From Candidatus Poribacteria bacterium (GTDB lineage Bacteria > Poribacteria > WGA-4E > PCPOR2b): a stretch of 64,000 nt of DNA. The notes below the pieces were generated by a model, which saw nothing but the letters and a program-made list of their open reading frames with translations, had not been told where the DNA came from and searched no databases. Location of the stretch: the NCBI GenBank assembly GCA_965208325.1, contig OZ242326.1, positions 1 through 64,000 of the forward strand, written 5' to 3'. This document shows positions 20,420 to 29,795 of this stretch, in pieces; within the stretch, counting starts at the first letter, position 1; the number at the start of each line of letters is the position of its first letter. A program made the position numbers and the translations under genes.

Positions 20420-20866
20420 ATGCGTCTATCAGCCCGGTCGAAATATGCCGTTTTAGCAATGTTGGAATTGGCTTTCCAATACGACAGAAAGTATGTATCT
20501 GTTGCGGAACTTGCGGAAAAACAGGGCATCTCGCGTCCATTTCTTGAGAAACTTCTGCTTCAACTCAAGCGTGCGGGCTTAACGAAAAGTCAGCGAGGCC
20601 CCGATGGCGGCTATAGTTTGGCGTTATCACCTGCTGAAATTTGCATTGGAGACATTTTTACAGTCGTTGACGGTCCTGTCGATTTTACGGATTGTTTCGA
20701 TCCGCCCTCTCCATCCGACGTAACGACTTTCTGCATGTCAACCCTTCTCGAGGAAATTGAAGAAGGGATTTGTAATGTTTTGAACGCAAACACGCTGCAA
20801 GATCTTTGCTTAAAAGCGCGGGATTTCAAACAACTACCCCCGCACGTGCACTCTTTTTCTATTTGA
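20420..20866 (+). CDS. Rrf2-family transcriptional regulator (CymR/IscR-like)
   Basis: MRLSARSKYAVLAMLELA, ISRPFLEKLL, SQRGPDGGYSL winged HTH. Confidence 0.92.
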   Translation: MRLSARSKYAVLAMLELAFQYDRKYVSVAELAEKQGISRPFLEKLLLQLKRAGLTKSQRGPDGGYSLALSPAEICIGDIFTVVDGPVDFTDCFDPPSPSDVTTFCMSTLLEEIEEGICNVLNANTLQDLCLKARDFKQLPPHVHSFSI

Positions 20867-20870
20867 AAGC

Positions 20871-21821
20871 ATGAAGATAGCCAAAAACATCATTGATTTG
20901 ATTGGAAACACGCCGCTAGTTCGTCTTAATTATCTGACGGGCGAGGACGACGCGGCTATCTTTGCAAAATTAGAGTCGTACAATCCCGGCGGCAGCATCA
21001 AGGATAGAATCGGCTACGCAATGATTATTGATGCCGAAAAACGCGGATTGCTCAAGCCGGGGCACACGATTGTCGAACCAACAGCGGGCAATACCGGCAT
21101 AGCGCTTTCGATTGTCGCTCTGGCAAAGGGATACCACCTCATTCTGACGATGCCGGAAAATGTTAGCCGAGAGAAGTATATGCTGCTTTCCGCCTTTGGT
21201 GCGGAAATCATATTGACACCTGAAGCGGGAGGAATGGGTGAGGCAATCTGGGAGGCTGAGGAGGTTGTCAGACGAAATTCACGCCATTTCATGCCGAATC
21301 AATTCAACAATTCCGCAAACCCCGAAATTCATCGTCAAACAACGGCGCGAGAAATTTTGCAGGCTTTAGATTGCCGCATAGACTATTTTGTTGCCGGCGT
21401 CGGAACTGGGGGTACGCTGACAGGTGTGGGAGAAACTCTGAAGGCACATTGTCCCGACACTCAGGTCGTTGCAGTCGAACCTAGCGTTTCTCCGGTTTTA
21501 TCGGGCGGCGCGCCGAACCCGACGCGTATTGATGGAATCGGCGCCGGAATGGTGCCAAACGTATTGAACGTTGATATTATCGACCGCGTAATGACCGTAT
21601 CTGACGAAGGCGCATATGAGATGATGAAGCGGATTTCAAGGCGTGAAGGCTTGCTCGTCGGCATGTCGTCGGGCGCGAATATCTTTGCCTCGTTACAATT
21701 GGCTCAAGAACTCGGTCGAGATAAAACAGTTGTAACCATCTTGCCTGATACGGGCGAACGCTATTTTAGCCTTGCCCAATTCTTTGAGCCGGAACCCAAT
21801 CTCGCTAATTTGCCCCCATGA
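20871..21821 (+). CDS. cysK: Cysteine synthase
   Basis: IGNTPLV, NPGGSIKDR (PLP lysine), EPTAGNTG, GVGTGGT, LPDTGERY. Confidence 0.93.
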   Translation: MKIAKNIIDLIGNTPLVRLNYLTGEDDAAIFAKLESYNPGGSIKDRIGYAMIIDAEKRGLLKPGHTIVEPTAGNTGIALSIVALAKGYHLILTMPENVSREKYMLLSAFGAEIILTPEAGGMGEAIWEAEEVVRRNSRHFMPNQFNNSANPEIHRQTTAREILQALDCRIDYFVAGVGTGGTLTGVGETLKAHCPDTQVVAVEPSVSPVLSGGAPNPTRIDGIGAGMVPNVLNVDIIDRVMTVSDEGAYEMMKRISRREGLLVGMSSGANIFASLQLAQELGRDKTVVTILPDTGERYFSLAQFFEPEPNLANLPP

Positions 21822-21901
21822 AAATTGAAAAACCTATCGTTACGTTAAAATAGCTAACAACCTGTGGCACAAAAAGACTAAGAAGAAGGTAGGGATGCTC
21901 A

Positions 21902-22660
21902 TTGACTGAGTTAGAAAATCAGAACCTGACAAACAAAGAACTCTGCTATCAGGTCGGCTCACTGCAAAATCCGCAGGAAATGCTTTTTCATCTGTTTAAA
22001 CGATTCAAGAATCGGGCGGCAATCGTCACAAGCGGCCAGTTATCCGGAATGGTTTTGGTGCACATGGCGCACGAAAATGGACTGCCGTTTCGAGTTTGCA
22101 CCATTGATACGCTGCGCCTCTTTCCAGAAGTATATGAGTTTTTCGAAAAAGTAGAATCACGTTATAATCTCCGCATCGAGCGCATCCAGCCGCATGCACA
22201 AACGATTAAATCAATGGTGGCTCAACACGGAGAATATCTGTTTTTTGATAGCAAGAAGAAACAAGAATATTGCTGTCACGTTAGAAAAGTGGAGCCCATG
22301 CAGCGGTTATTGAACACGCTGGATGTATGGTTTTCGGGTCTTCGGCGGGATCAATCTGACAGCCGTCGACACGTGCCCAAGGCGGAAATCCATGAACATA
22401 ACGAACGGTCCGTTCTAAAAGTGAACCCCTTAGCGGATTGGACGGCTGACCAGGTTTGGGAGTTCATCAATGAGAACGACATACCGGTGAATTCCCTCCT
22501 CAAACCTCAGGATACTGGGCATTATTATGAGTCGCTCGGATGCATTATCTGCACCACGCCGATTATGCCGGGAGAACCAAAAAGGGCCGGGCGATGGCGC
22601 TGGCAAATTTCAACATCTTCCGAAAACTCGAAAGAATGCGGTCTGCATTTCGCGATTTGA
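21902..22660 (+). CDS. cysH: APS/PAPS reductase, Fe-S (APS) type; TTG start
   Basis: IDTLRLFPE, CCHVRKVEP, GLRRDQS, SLGCIICT, RAGRWRW, ECGLH. Confidence 0.9.
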   Translation: MTELENQNLTNKELCYQVGSLQNPQEMLFHLFKRFKNRAAIVTSGQLSGMVLVHMAHENGLPFRVCTIDTLRLFPEVYEFFEKVESRYNLRIERIQPHAQTIKSMVAQHGEYLFFDSKKKQEYCCHVRKVEPMQRLLNTLDVWFSGLRRDQSDSRRHVPKAEIHEHNERSVLKVNPLADWTADQVWEFINENDIPVNSLLKPQDTGHYYESLGCIICTTPIMPGEPKRAGRWRWQISTSSENSKECGLHFAI

Positions 22661-22670
22661 TGCTGTACCG

Positions 22671-22902
22671 GCAGGAGGGAAATCCAATTCCTGACACGAC
22701 GCGAAGCCCAACAGGTTGCGATTCGGAGGTCGCGCCTACAGAATTTAATAACATGCAAATTTAAATTATAGTAAATTCCGTTTACATTTTCACATGTTTC
22801 GGCAGGTGCGGTTTCCAAGCGCAAATTTGGACTGGATAAATCCATATACGGTTACGAAACCGAACCTACCGCAGCGAATGAATAATTATCGGTATTTCTA
22901 TA
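22671..22902. repeat. Cluster of degenerate REP/REPIN-like palindromes
   Basis: GCGATTCGGAGGTCGCGCCTACA. Inverted pair GCAGGTGCGGTTTCCAAGCGCA / CGGTTACGAAACCGAACCTACC, framed by TATAGTAAAT...ATTTCTATA. Confidence 0.55.
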
Positions 22903-22921
22903 CAAGAAAGGAGTTTTTCCA

Positions 22922-23197
22922 ATGGCTGTTACCGTGCGTATTCCGACCCCGCTGAGAAAACTGACGAGCGATCAGCCCGAAGTTGCGGCAGTCGGGTCGA
23001 ATATTGAAAGTATCATCGAAAACCTCGAAGCAAATCACCCGGGGATTAAAGAACGGATTTGCGATGAATCCGGCAATGTCCGCCGTTTCGTTAATATCTA
23101 TCTCAACGATGAAGACATTCGTTTCTTGGATGGAACGGCGACCGTTGTCACGGATGGCGACGAAATATCGGTGATTCCGGCAATTGCAGGAGGGTAG
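22922..23197 (+). CDS. MoaD/ThiS/CysO ubiquitin-like sulfur carrier protein
   Basis: VRIPTPLR, RRFVNIYLNDEDIRF, C-terminal IPAIAGG di-glycine. Confidence 0.93.
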   Translation: MAVTVRIPTPLRKLTSDQPEVAAVGSNIESIIENLEANHPGIKERICDESGNVRRFVNIYLNDEDIRFLDGTATVVTDGDEISVIPAIAGG

Positions 23198-23289
23198 AAA
23201 AACGTCGTGGCTAATGGCATCTTACCGCCATCGTATTCGCGTCACGGCATATTGTGGGTTGCGTACTAGCAAATTACGCTTGCAAGCCT

Positions 23290-23333
23290 AAATGCCCAAG
23301 GCACATGACAGTTTAGCCTTGGGTATTTTTTTT
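23290..23333 (+). terminator. Intrinsic terminator
   Basis: Stem AAATGCCCAAGGC / GCCTTGGGTATTT followed by a T tract. Confidence 0.65.
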
Positions 23334-23396
23334 ACAAGGCGCCGCACGGTGAATCCAACGTCAGAGAAAGGGAAAATTCAATACTCAAAACGACTA

Positions 23397-24689
23397 ATGA
23401 AAAAAAACAGAGAACAAGAACAGAGGCGGAACTTCCGGATAGCTGTACTACAAGGGGTTTTCATGCGAATCTCTTTGGCTTTTGTTGAACCGGGAACAGT
23501 ACTTTCTGCATTTGTGTTGCGCCTTACCGGATCTCACTTTTTTGTAGGGCTTGCCGGAGCTATCATGCCAGCTGGCTGGATGTGGCCTCAATTGCTGATG
23601 TCGAACGTACTCGAACACCGCCCACGTAAAATGCCCTTTTTCAAACTGGGAATGGGCATTCGCGTGGCAGCGTGGCTTACGATTGTCGTCTGTATGTTGC
23701 GGATTGACCCGACTAGGAAAAGCGTGCTTGTTGCAAGTTTCTTCTTTTTTTATTTAATTGCCGCTTCATCACTGGGCATATCCAGTATCCCTTATATGGA
23801 AATAGTTTCAAAATCCATTCACCCGCTGCGGCGTGCGCGGTTCTTCAGCACACGCCAATTCATTGGCGGATTTATAGCATTCTTAATTGGGGAATTCTTG
23901 ATTAAGTCCGTGTTGAGCGATGCCTCGGGATTAGTATTCCCATTCAACTACGCGCTTCTGTTTGCGTTTGCAGTTGTCGCGACCTTAGCGGCATTTCTGA
24001 TATTTCTCCTGATTCGTGAACCCATTCAACGCGTCAAAACCGAGCGAAAATCGCTCATTCAGCATCTCAAGCAGGGGCCGCACTTTATGCGGACAGATGT
24101 ACACTATCGGCGGTTCATTATCTTCCGAATGTTCGCCCATTCAGCAGGAATGTGCATGCCGTTTTATGTTCCTTATGCGTTACTGAACCTAGGCGTTCCA
24201 GATTCGACGATTGGCTCATTTCTTGCTGTCGTCGCCTTGAGTGGTGTGATTTCGACCGCTCTGTGGGGACATGTCGGTGAGAAGTATGGCGTCCGATGGA
24301 TTTTGATGGGTATGTCCGCTTTCGGTTGCGTCTCGCCTCTCATTGCGATTTGTATCCCGCTGTTTCCGATTCCCTTGCAGATTCCTAGCTATTTCTTAAT
24401 ATTTGCAATGAATGGAATTTCGGTCAACGGGATGATGGTCGGGTTTATGACATACATGCTTAATGTCGCACCGCCGCTCACCCGTCCAAGTTATCTCGGG
24501 TTCATGAACACGCTCCTATTTCCCTTCAGTTTTGTGACCGTGCTAGGTGGTGTTATTGTTTCGAGGCTTGGTTATCAGGGAGTATTCGCAATCTCCTTGG
24601 GGTTGAGTTTGCTCGCATTTACGATGACAACACGGCTAGAAGAGGTCTTCTATAGGGAAGAAATCCAGTCAGATGAGGAGATTTTGTGA
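23397..24689 (+). CDS. MFS transporter
   Basis: About 12 hydrophobic segments; WPQL, RRARFFS.RQ and WGHVGEKYG loops. Confidence 0.85.
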   Translation: MKKNREQEQRRNFRIAVLQGVFMRISLAFVEPGTVLSAFVLRLTGSHFFVGLAGAIMPAGWMWPQLLMSNVLEHRPRKMPFFKLGMGIRVAAWLTIVVCMLRIDPTRKSVLVASFFFFYLIAASSLGISSIPYMEIVSKSIHPLRRARFFSTRQFIGGFIAFLIGEFLIKSVLSDASGLVFPFNYALLFAFAVVATLAAFLIFLLIREPIQRVKTERKSLIQHLKQGPHFMRTDVHYRRFIIFRMFAHSAGMCMPFYVPYALLNLGVPDSTIGSFLAVVALSGVISTALWGHVGEKYGVRWILMGMSAFGCVSPLIAICIPLFPIPLQIPSYFLIFAMNGISVNGMMVGFMTYMLNVAPPLTRPSYLGFMNTLLFPFSFVTVLGGVIVSRLGYQGVFAISLGLSLLAFTMTTRLEEVFYREEIQSDEEIL

Positions 24690-24769
24690 CAGTACTTTCA
24701 AAGGGTAGGTCTTGAGAACACACAAATCATCCTTTAGTATCCCGTGTGTACGTTTGGATGGAATGCCAC

Positions 24770-25171
24770 ATGGATAAATGCGGTGCTCTGAAGAAGAGCA
24801 TTCAAGAATTTAATAACGGAGAATACTTCGCGTGCCACGAGACCTTGGAAGATTTATGGATGATTGAAGTTGGACCGAATCGACTCTTTTATCAAGGCCT
24901 GCTTCAATTAAGCGTCGGATTTTTCCACCTGTTCAATCACAACTATGCCGGCGCTGCCAGCCAATGGCGAAAAGGTTCTGTCAAACTTCAAAAATTTGGG
25001 GACTGCCATCTGGAGATAAATTTGAGAACCCTCCTTGAACAGACGCGCCGCTGCCAACACATGTTGGAGATAGTCCAATGCGACAACAGGCAAACATTCG
25101 ACTTCTCGCTCGTTCCCCGGATTCAGATAATCGGTTTGCCGCCGAAAAGTCCTGCCCTTCCGCACGGTTGA
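24770..25171 (+). CDS. DUF309 family protein; start uncertain
   Basis: FNNGEYFACHETLEDLW, FYQGLLQLSVGFFH. Confidence 0.88.
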   Translation: MDKCGALKKSIQEFNNGEYFACHETLEDLWMIEVGPNRLFYQGLLQLSVGFFHLFNHNYAGAASQWRKGSVKLQKFGDCHLEINLRTLLEQTRRCQHMLEIVQCDNRQTFDFSLVPRIQIIGLPPKSPALPHG

Positions 25172-25333
25172 ATTCAAAGCCGTGCGGCAAACCTTCTTGA
25201 ATAATCGAGTTGCCCCATTGATTCATTTTCGGCAGGCACTGCACCTATTTGGCGGACAAGTGGAGACCGGCCGGCTGAAGAAATCAGCGCTTCTCTTCGA
25301 TCTTTGATTAAGATACAAACGGTTTTCCAATCA

Positions 25334-26200
25334 TTATCTGAGCGACTCATTTGAAGTACGAGCGATGTTGAGGATGACATTCAGCCCCCCAATTTTGATT
25401 TCGACGCAGTCGATTTTCGTAAATCCAGCCTCCCTAAACAGCGTTACCAGCTTTGGCCAGTCCCACGTATACGGCTTTCGAATCGTGGTAAACTCTAGCC
25501 TTGGGACACCTTGCTCCGTAATCAGATATAGATGATTCTCGTCGATGAAATCCAATCCTAGTTCACGCGTCACAATGTGGCTAACCGACAACCCTGATTC
25601 AAACCGCGATTCAACGAGCTTAAACCGTTCCCGCTCAAGCCGCTCCCAGGCTTCGCGCAGGAGTTGCATTCCGAATCCGGGTTCCGGTTGTTTGTTGGTA
25701 GCACCGATGAAGGCGAGCAGTCCTCCGGGCTTCAGAATTCGGCGAAAACCGATAAGTGATGTTTGAAATGCTTCAACACCAACAATCCACGATAGCGCAT
25801 CGTTCAAAATCACATCGTATTTCCGCGGTGCGACCGCCGGCAACGCCTCCCATTTTGCCTCGAACACTTTACCGGTAAATTCGGCACATGTTAGCCTTAG
25901 TTTCGCGTGCTCAATCGCTACGCCGGAAGAATCACAAGCGTCTACATCAAGGGCCTTCGACGCTAGCAACTCTGTGGACTCGCCCACGCCGCATGAGGCA
26001 TCCAAAAACCTCCAGTCATCACGCTTGCCGAACAACTTGATGATTCCCCGGTAGAGGTTACGCCTGCCGGGTTCCCACGGATTTGCGTTCGGATTCAGCA
26101 GATTATACCATTTCCAGTAAGTGTCCCAGCAATTAGATGGAGGATGGGTGTCGAACTTTTCATTGGAATAATGCATTGCCGGCATTCTCAATAGCTGCAC
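25334..26200 (-). CDS. Class I SAM-dependent methyltransferase
   Basis: FLDASCGVG (motif I), ACDSS, YDVIL, ILKPGGLL. Confidence 0.85.
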   Translation of the reverse strand: MQLLRMPAMHYSNEKFDTHPPSNCWDTYWKWYNLLNPNANPWEPGRRNLYRGIIKLFGKRDDWRFLDASCGVGESTELLASKALDVDACDSSGVAIEHAKLRLTCAEFTGKVFEAKWEALPAVAPRKYDVILNDALSWIVGVEAFQTSLIGFRRILKPGGLLAFIGATNKQPEPGFGMQLLREAWERLERERFKLVESRFESGLSVSHIVTRELGLDFIDENHLYLITEQGVPRLEFTTIRKPYTWDWPKLVTLFREAGFTKIDCVEIKIGGLNVILNIARTSNESLR

Positions 26201-26363
26201 CTTTCCCCTTTCACAATATACTTAAACACCACAGAGTTACTGAAACCGTGAAATTGAGTGCGGGAAGTACAGATTACGGAACTCGAGCGGACATTCAATG
26301 AACTTCAATCTCGAAGCAGGATGAATTGAGTCCAATATTTGATTTCGTTACCATGCAGACCAT

Positions 26364-27137
26364 TCATTCAACCGATACGACACAACGAAAACCGGTATTA
26401 ACGGCGGCGATTTTTACGGGAGAGCCGCCGCGGCGAGAACAACGCGAATGAAAAATTGGCCCTAAGAAATCGCCGCCGCGAACCGACCGATCTGGACCGT
26501 CGGTTGGTCCAATGGGGTTGCACTTTGCGGAATTGGTGTAGTCAATGCGATCATCGGCGCACCATTCCCAGACGTTCCCCGCCATGTCATAGAGTCCAAA
26601 ACCGTTGGGTGGATAACTTCCAACAGGAGACGTGTAGCGATAGCCGTCGTCAATACCATCATCGTTCATTACATTCGAGTCGACATCTCGATCCTTGAAG
26701 TTGCACTGTGTGCCATCAGGTGGCTCATTACCCCATGGGAATCGCGCGTTCGCCAGCCCGCCGCGCGCAGCTTTTTCCCATTCCGCTTCGGTTGGAAGCC
26801 GCTTTCCCGCCCATTCTGCGTATTCAACCGCGTCGTACCAACTGACGCGTACTACGGGGTGATTGGATGCGTTGAAATTGGGATCGTCCCATCCGCCCGG
26901 CGTCCGGTGTCCCGTAGCATCCGTGAAATTCTTGTATTGTGCATTTGTGACTTGGTATACATCAATGTAGAAGGCATCCAACTCGACAACGTGCTGCGGC
27001 TTTTCTTTTCGAAACTCTCGTGTGTAACCCATGTCGTCGTCATCGACAGCGCCCATGAGGAATTCGCCCGCGGGGATAAGAACCATCAATGCTCCGTCTT
27101 TCCCGACAATCTTGTTGTGAAGTTTCTGGTCCGTCAT
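26364..27137 (-). CDS. FGE-sulfatase (SUMF1-like) domain protein
   Basis: IPAGEFLMG, EKPQH, PVVRVSWYDA, KRLPTEAEWEKAARGG, GLYDMAGNVWEW, GFRC. Confidence 0.92.
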   Translation of the reverse strand: MTDQKLHNKIVGKDGALMVLIPAGEFLMGAVDDDDMGYTREFRKEKPQHVVELDAFYIDVYQVTNAQYKNFTDATGHRTPGGWDDPNFNASNHPVVRVSWYDAVEYAEWAGKRLPTEAEWEKAARGGLANARFPWGNEPPDGTQCNFKDRDVDSNVMNDDGIDDGYRYTSPVGSYPPNGFGLYDMAGNVWEWCADDRIDYTNSAKCNPIGPTDGPDRSVRGGDFLGPIFHSRCSRRGGSPVKIAAVNTGFRCVVSVE

Positions 27138-27321
27138 CAAATTTTACCTTCTCTCTCGGAATCACACATTCAATCTTAAAGTCATTTCGGTTCATATTAA
27201 CACAAGGCGGATTCGACTGATTGATAATTGAGGGCAGGAAGCCTTTCCCGCAAACCAATAGGTAAATGAATAATTTTTTGCCGCAATGTTATAGTGTCGA
27301 TTATATGTACAGCTGCATGGA

Positions 27322-28134
27322 TTAACTTCCCATTGTCGTATATTCGCCCTTTGTGTTCCAGCCCGGATACTGCTCTTCCAGCAATTTAAGCGTCTTGCTT
27401 GTGTAATACGGGTGTCCGGCAGGAGGGAACCTGAAGAATTCTCGCTCCCTTGCCGTAAGCGTGCCGATAAATTGCCTGAAATGCTCGTTTCGCCCTAGGT
27501 CCGTATAGCTGCTCACACCTTCCCAGTAGTGATCGGCCCGCCCATAAATCCGAGTGACGGAATATCGCTGCATGTCCCTTCCCTCAAACGCGGACGCCGA
27601 ATGCCATAAATACGTGTTAAATATCATCTGGGTTCCCGCCGGCACCTCCAGCGATATTTTCTTAGTTAGGTCTTTACCGAATGGCTTCGGAATAACCTGC
27701 ATCGGTGCATGTTCAGCCCGAACCTCTTCAGGAAAATACCAACTGCTAATCTGCCCGTACCTCTTGTCGCCGCACGGGGGTAACAACGAATTATTGCCGT
27801 TGTCAATGTGTAGCTGCGGTAAAGCTGAGCAACCGGGATACTTTGCCCAATTGTGAGCGTAGCGAAAGTGTATATCTTCGGTCTCAAGCGCACGTTGAAC
27901 AAAGTCGATGAGGTCAAAATCTAGAATGAGTTCGTTGAAAAGCATCTCGGAATACGGAAAGTCGTCGGTCAACATCCCGGATTCGGGCGGTTGGCCTTTA
28001 ATAACATCCCAAGGTGGAAGCGTTTCGTGGAGTGCAGCGACAATGCGAACCCTTTTCTCTTCCGGGTAGAAATCTTCGACAACGACAAATCCCTGTTCCA
28101 CGAAAGTGTTCAAATGATCGTCAGATAATTTCAT
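27322..28134 (-). CDS. PhyH-family Fe(II)/2-oxoglutarate dioxygenase
   Basis: FVEQGFVVVEDF, HID (HxD), PAGTQMIFNTYLWH, RYS. Confidence 0.85.
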   Translation of the reverse strand: MKLSDDHLNTFVEQGFVVVEDFYPEEKRVRIVAALHETLPPWDVIKGQPPESGMLTDDFPYSEMLFNELILDFDLIDFVQRALETEDIHFRYAHNWAKYPGCSALPQLHIDNGNNSLLPPCGDKRYGQISSWYFPEEVRAEHAPMQVIPKPFGKDLTKKISLEVPAGTQMIFNTYLWHSASAFEGRDMQRYSVTRIYGRADHYWEGVSSYTDLGRNEHFRQFIGTLTAREREFFRFPPAGHPYYTSKTLKLLEEQYPGWNTKGEYTTMGS

Positions 28135-28427
28135 TATGAATCCCCGTAGCTGTCGAAATATATGCTTCTTTACGCCGCCGCGGTCTGCATTACGCAGCCA
28201 AAATACGGCTGAGGTTACACGGTGCGCTTATGTCGTATTGAGAATTTGTGCAGTAGTTAGTTTGATTTGAACGACTTGTGCCTATGACTCATATTAACCA
28301 TAGTAATGTCAAGTTGTCAATACCAAAATCTGCTCAAATCCATCGGGGGAATCAACCCATGGTTTACTGCTTGCAACACCAATTAGTTTCGAAGCCATGC
28401 AATGAATTCAGGTAAGCAGCAGAAGCC

Positions 28428-28456
28428 TTGAATTTTCGATTCGCTGATGGTATAAT
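28428..28456 (+). promoter_or_regulatory. Sigma70-type promoter
   Basis: TTGAAT-17 bp-TATAAT with extended -10 TG. Confidence 0.6.
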
Positions 28457-28468
28457 CGTGTGTGGAAT

Positions 28469-28649
28469 GGATAGCGGAGACCGGCGTGGGAAAGTTTGCA
28501 GCGTGCTGCCAGAGGAGCACGAAGGCAAGCGTTTCACGGTGAAAGCAGAATGGAAGAAGTCCGTGCACAAGATTGAAGCATTTAACCTCGGGCGCGGAAA
28601 ATTTATGCACGGAATAGCAAATTACAATACCGGTGCCGCGGACCTATCT
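28469..28649 (+). ncRNA. Candidate structured RNA or 5' leader, family unidentified
   Basis: Nested stems: GATAG/CTATC, ACCGG/CCGGT, AGTTTGC/GCAAATT, enclosing CGTGCT/AGCACG, TTTCA/TGAAA and TCCGTGCA/TGCACGGA. Confidence 0.35.
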
Positions 28650-28708
28650 CCCGGCACGCTAATGCAGCGAGAGAGGTGTTGAAAAGTTGTAGAAAGGGCG
28701 AAATTACT

Positions 28709-29701
28709 ATGAATTCAAAAAGCATCTTCGTGATGATTTTCATTTTAACGGTTACGGGTTGGCTAACTAACTTGAGCGCATGGGGGGCGTGGACGGTCGT
28801 TCGAGATGACGACTTTGCCCGCAACGACAGCATTGAGGGCGATCTCCAAGCTGCGTACTTTGTTGATGCGCATCACGGCTGGGCGGTGGGGTTTAAAGGG
28901 TTAATCTTGCACACAGCCGACGGTGGAGAAACATGGGTGAATCAGGCAATTGAGATGGAAGTTCCGATAGATTTTTGGAGCGTCTTTTTTCTCAATGAAA
29001 AAGTCGGTGTCGTCGTAGGTACCGGCGGCAGCATTTTTATGACAAAGGATGGCGGTAATTTGTGGGAGCGCAAGAACGTCGAAGGGATCAACCGGACTCG
29101 TCTGATAGATATGTGGCTTATTGACGAACAGAGCGGGTTTGTTGTTGGCACTGACAATACGTTGCTCAAGACAACCGACGGCGGCGAAAATTGGACGGGA
29201 GACAGCGATCGAGTGCGATTAGGTGAAACACGCAATCATCTTGAGAGCATTTATTTTGTGTCGACAACACACGGATGGATTGTGGGTTCCTTTGGGACAA
29301 TTAAGCATACGGTTGACGGCGGTTCTACATGGGAAAACCAAACCTCCAACGTGGGTAACAACCTCATGGCGGTTCATTTCATCAATCAAGACACAGGATG
29401 GATTGCTGGGCAGGAAGGTTTGATTCTCCACACGCAGGATGGCGGAGCGACTTGGAACCAGCAGGAAACTGATTCCTACGACAACCTACACGATGTCGGC
29501 TTCATTGATAACCAGACCGGTTGGGCAGTGGGGGATTACGGCGCAATTCTTCACACGACCGATGGCGGACAAACATGGACCCCCGAAAAATCCGGCGTGT
29601 CCTCTTCTTCGCTTCGCGCACTGCATGCGGCGGATAAAGATAGCTGCTGGGCTTTCGGCGAATGGGGTTGGATTTTACGCCGTTTACCGCCAGGTGAATA
29701 A
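28709..29701 (+). CDS. Secreted YCF48-like/BNR-repeat beta-propeller protein
   Basis: Signal peptide and repeated F.D...GW.VG..G.IL.T.DGG.TW units. Confidence 0.9.
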   Translation: MNSKSIFVMIFILTVTGWLTNLSAWGAWTVVRDDDFARNDSIEGDLQAAYFVDAHHGWAVGFKGLILHTADGGETWVNQAIEMEVPIDFWSVFFLNEKVGVVVGTGGSIFMTKDGGNLWERKNVEGINRTRLIDMWLIDEQSGFVVGTDNTLLKTTDGGENWTGDSDRVRLGETRNHLESIYFVSTTHGWIVGSFGTIKHTVDGGSTWENQTSNVGNNLMAVHFINQDTGWIAGQEGLILHTQDGGATWNQQETDSYDNLHDVGFIDNQTGWAVGDYGAILHTTDGGQTWTPEKSGVSSSSLRALHAADKDSCWAFGEWGWILRRLPPGE

Positions 29702-29795
29702 GAGATGGGCGGCGAGGACGCAAAACTTCAACAGCTGCCTGTGCTGGGAAGCTAGGAGAAAACAGATACTAAATGATTGTATTTCGTTGGTAGGA

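Noticed and set aside
25334..27137. Split OvoA/EgtB (ovothiol/ergothioneine) system
   Set aside because: The FGE protein lacks the DinB-like domain with the HX3HXE iron motif needed for sulfoxide synthase activity.
28550..28570. RNase P RNA (GAAGAAGTCCG resembles GAGGAAAGTCC)
   Set aside because: The other conserved RNase P elements are absent and the region is too short.
28709..29701. Photosystem II assembly role for the YCF48-like protein
   Set aside because: This repeat propeller is widespread in non-phototrophs and there are no photosynthesis genes in the window.
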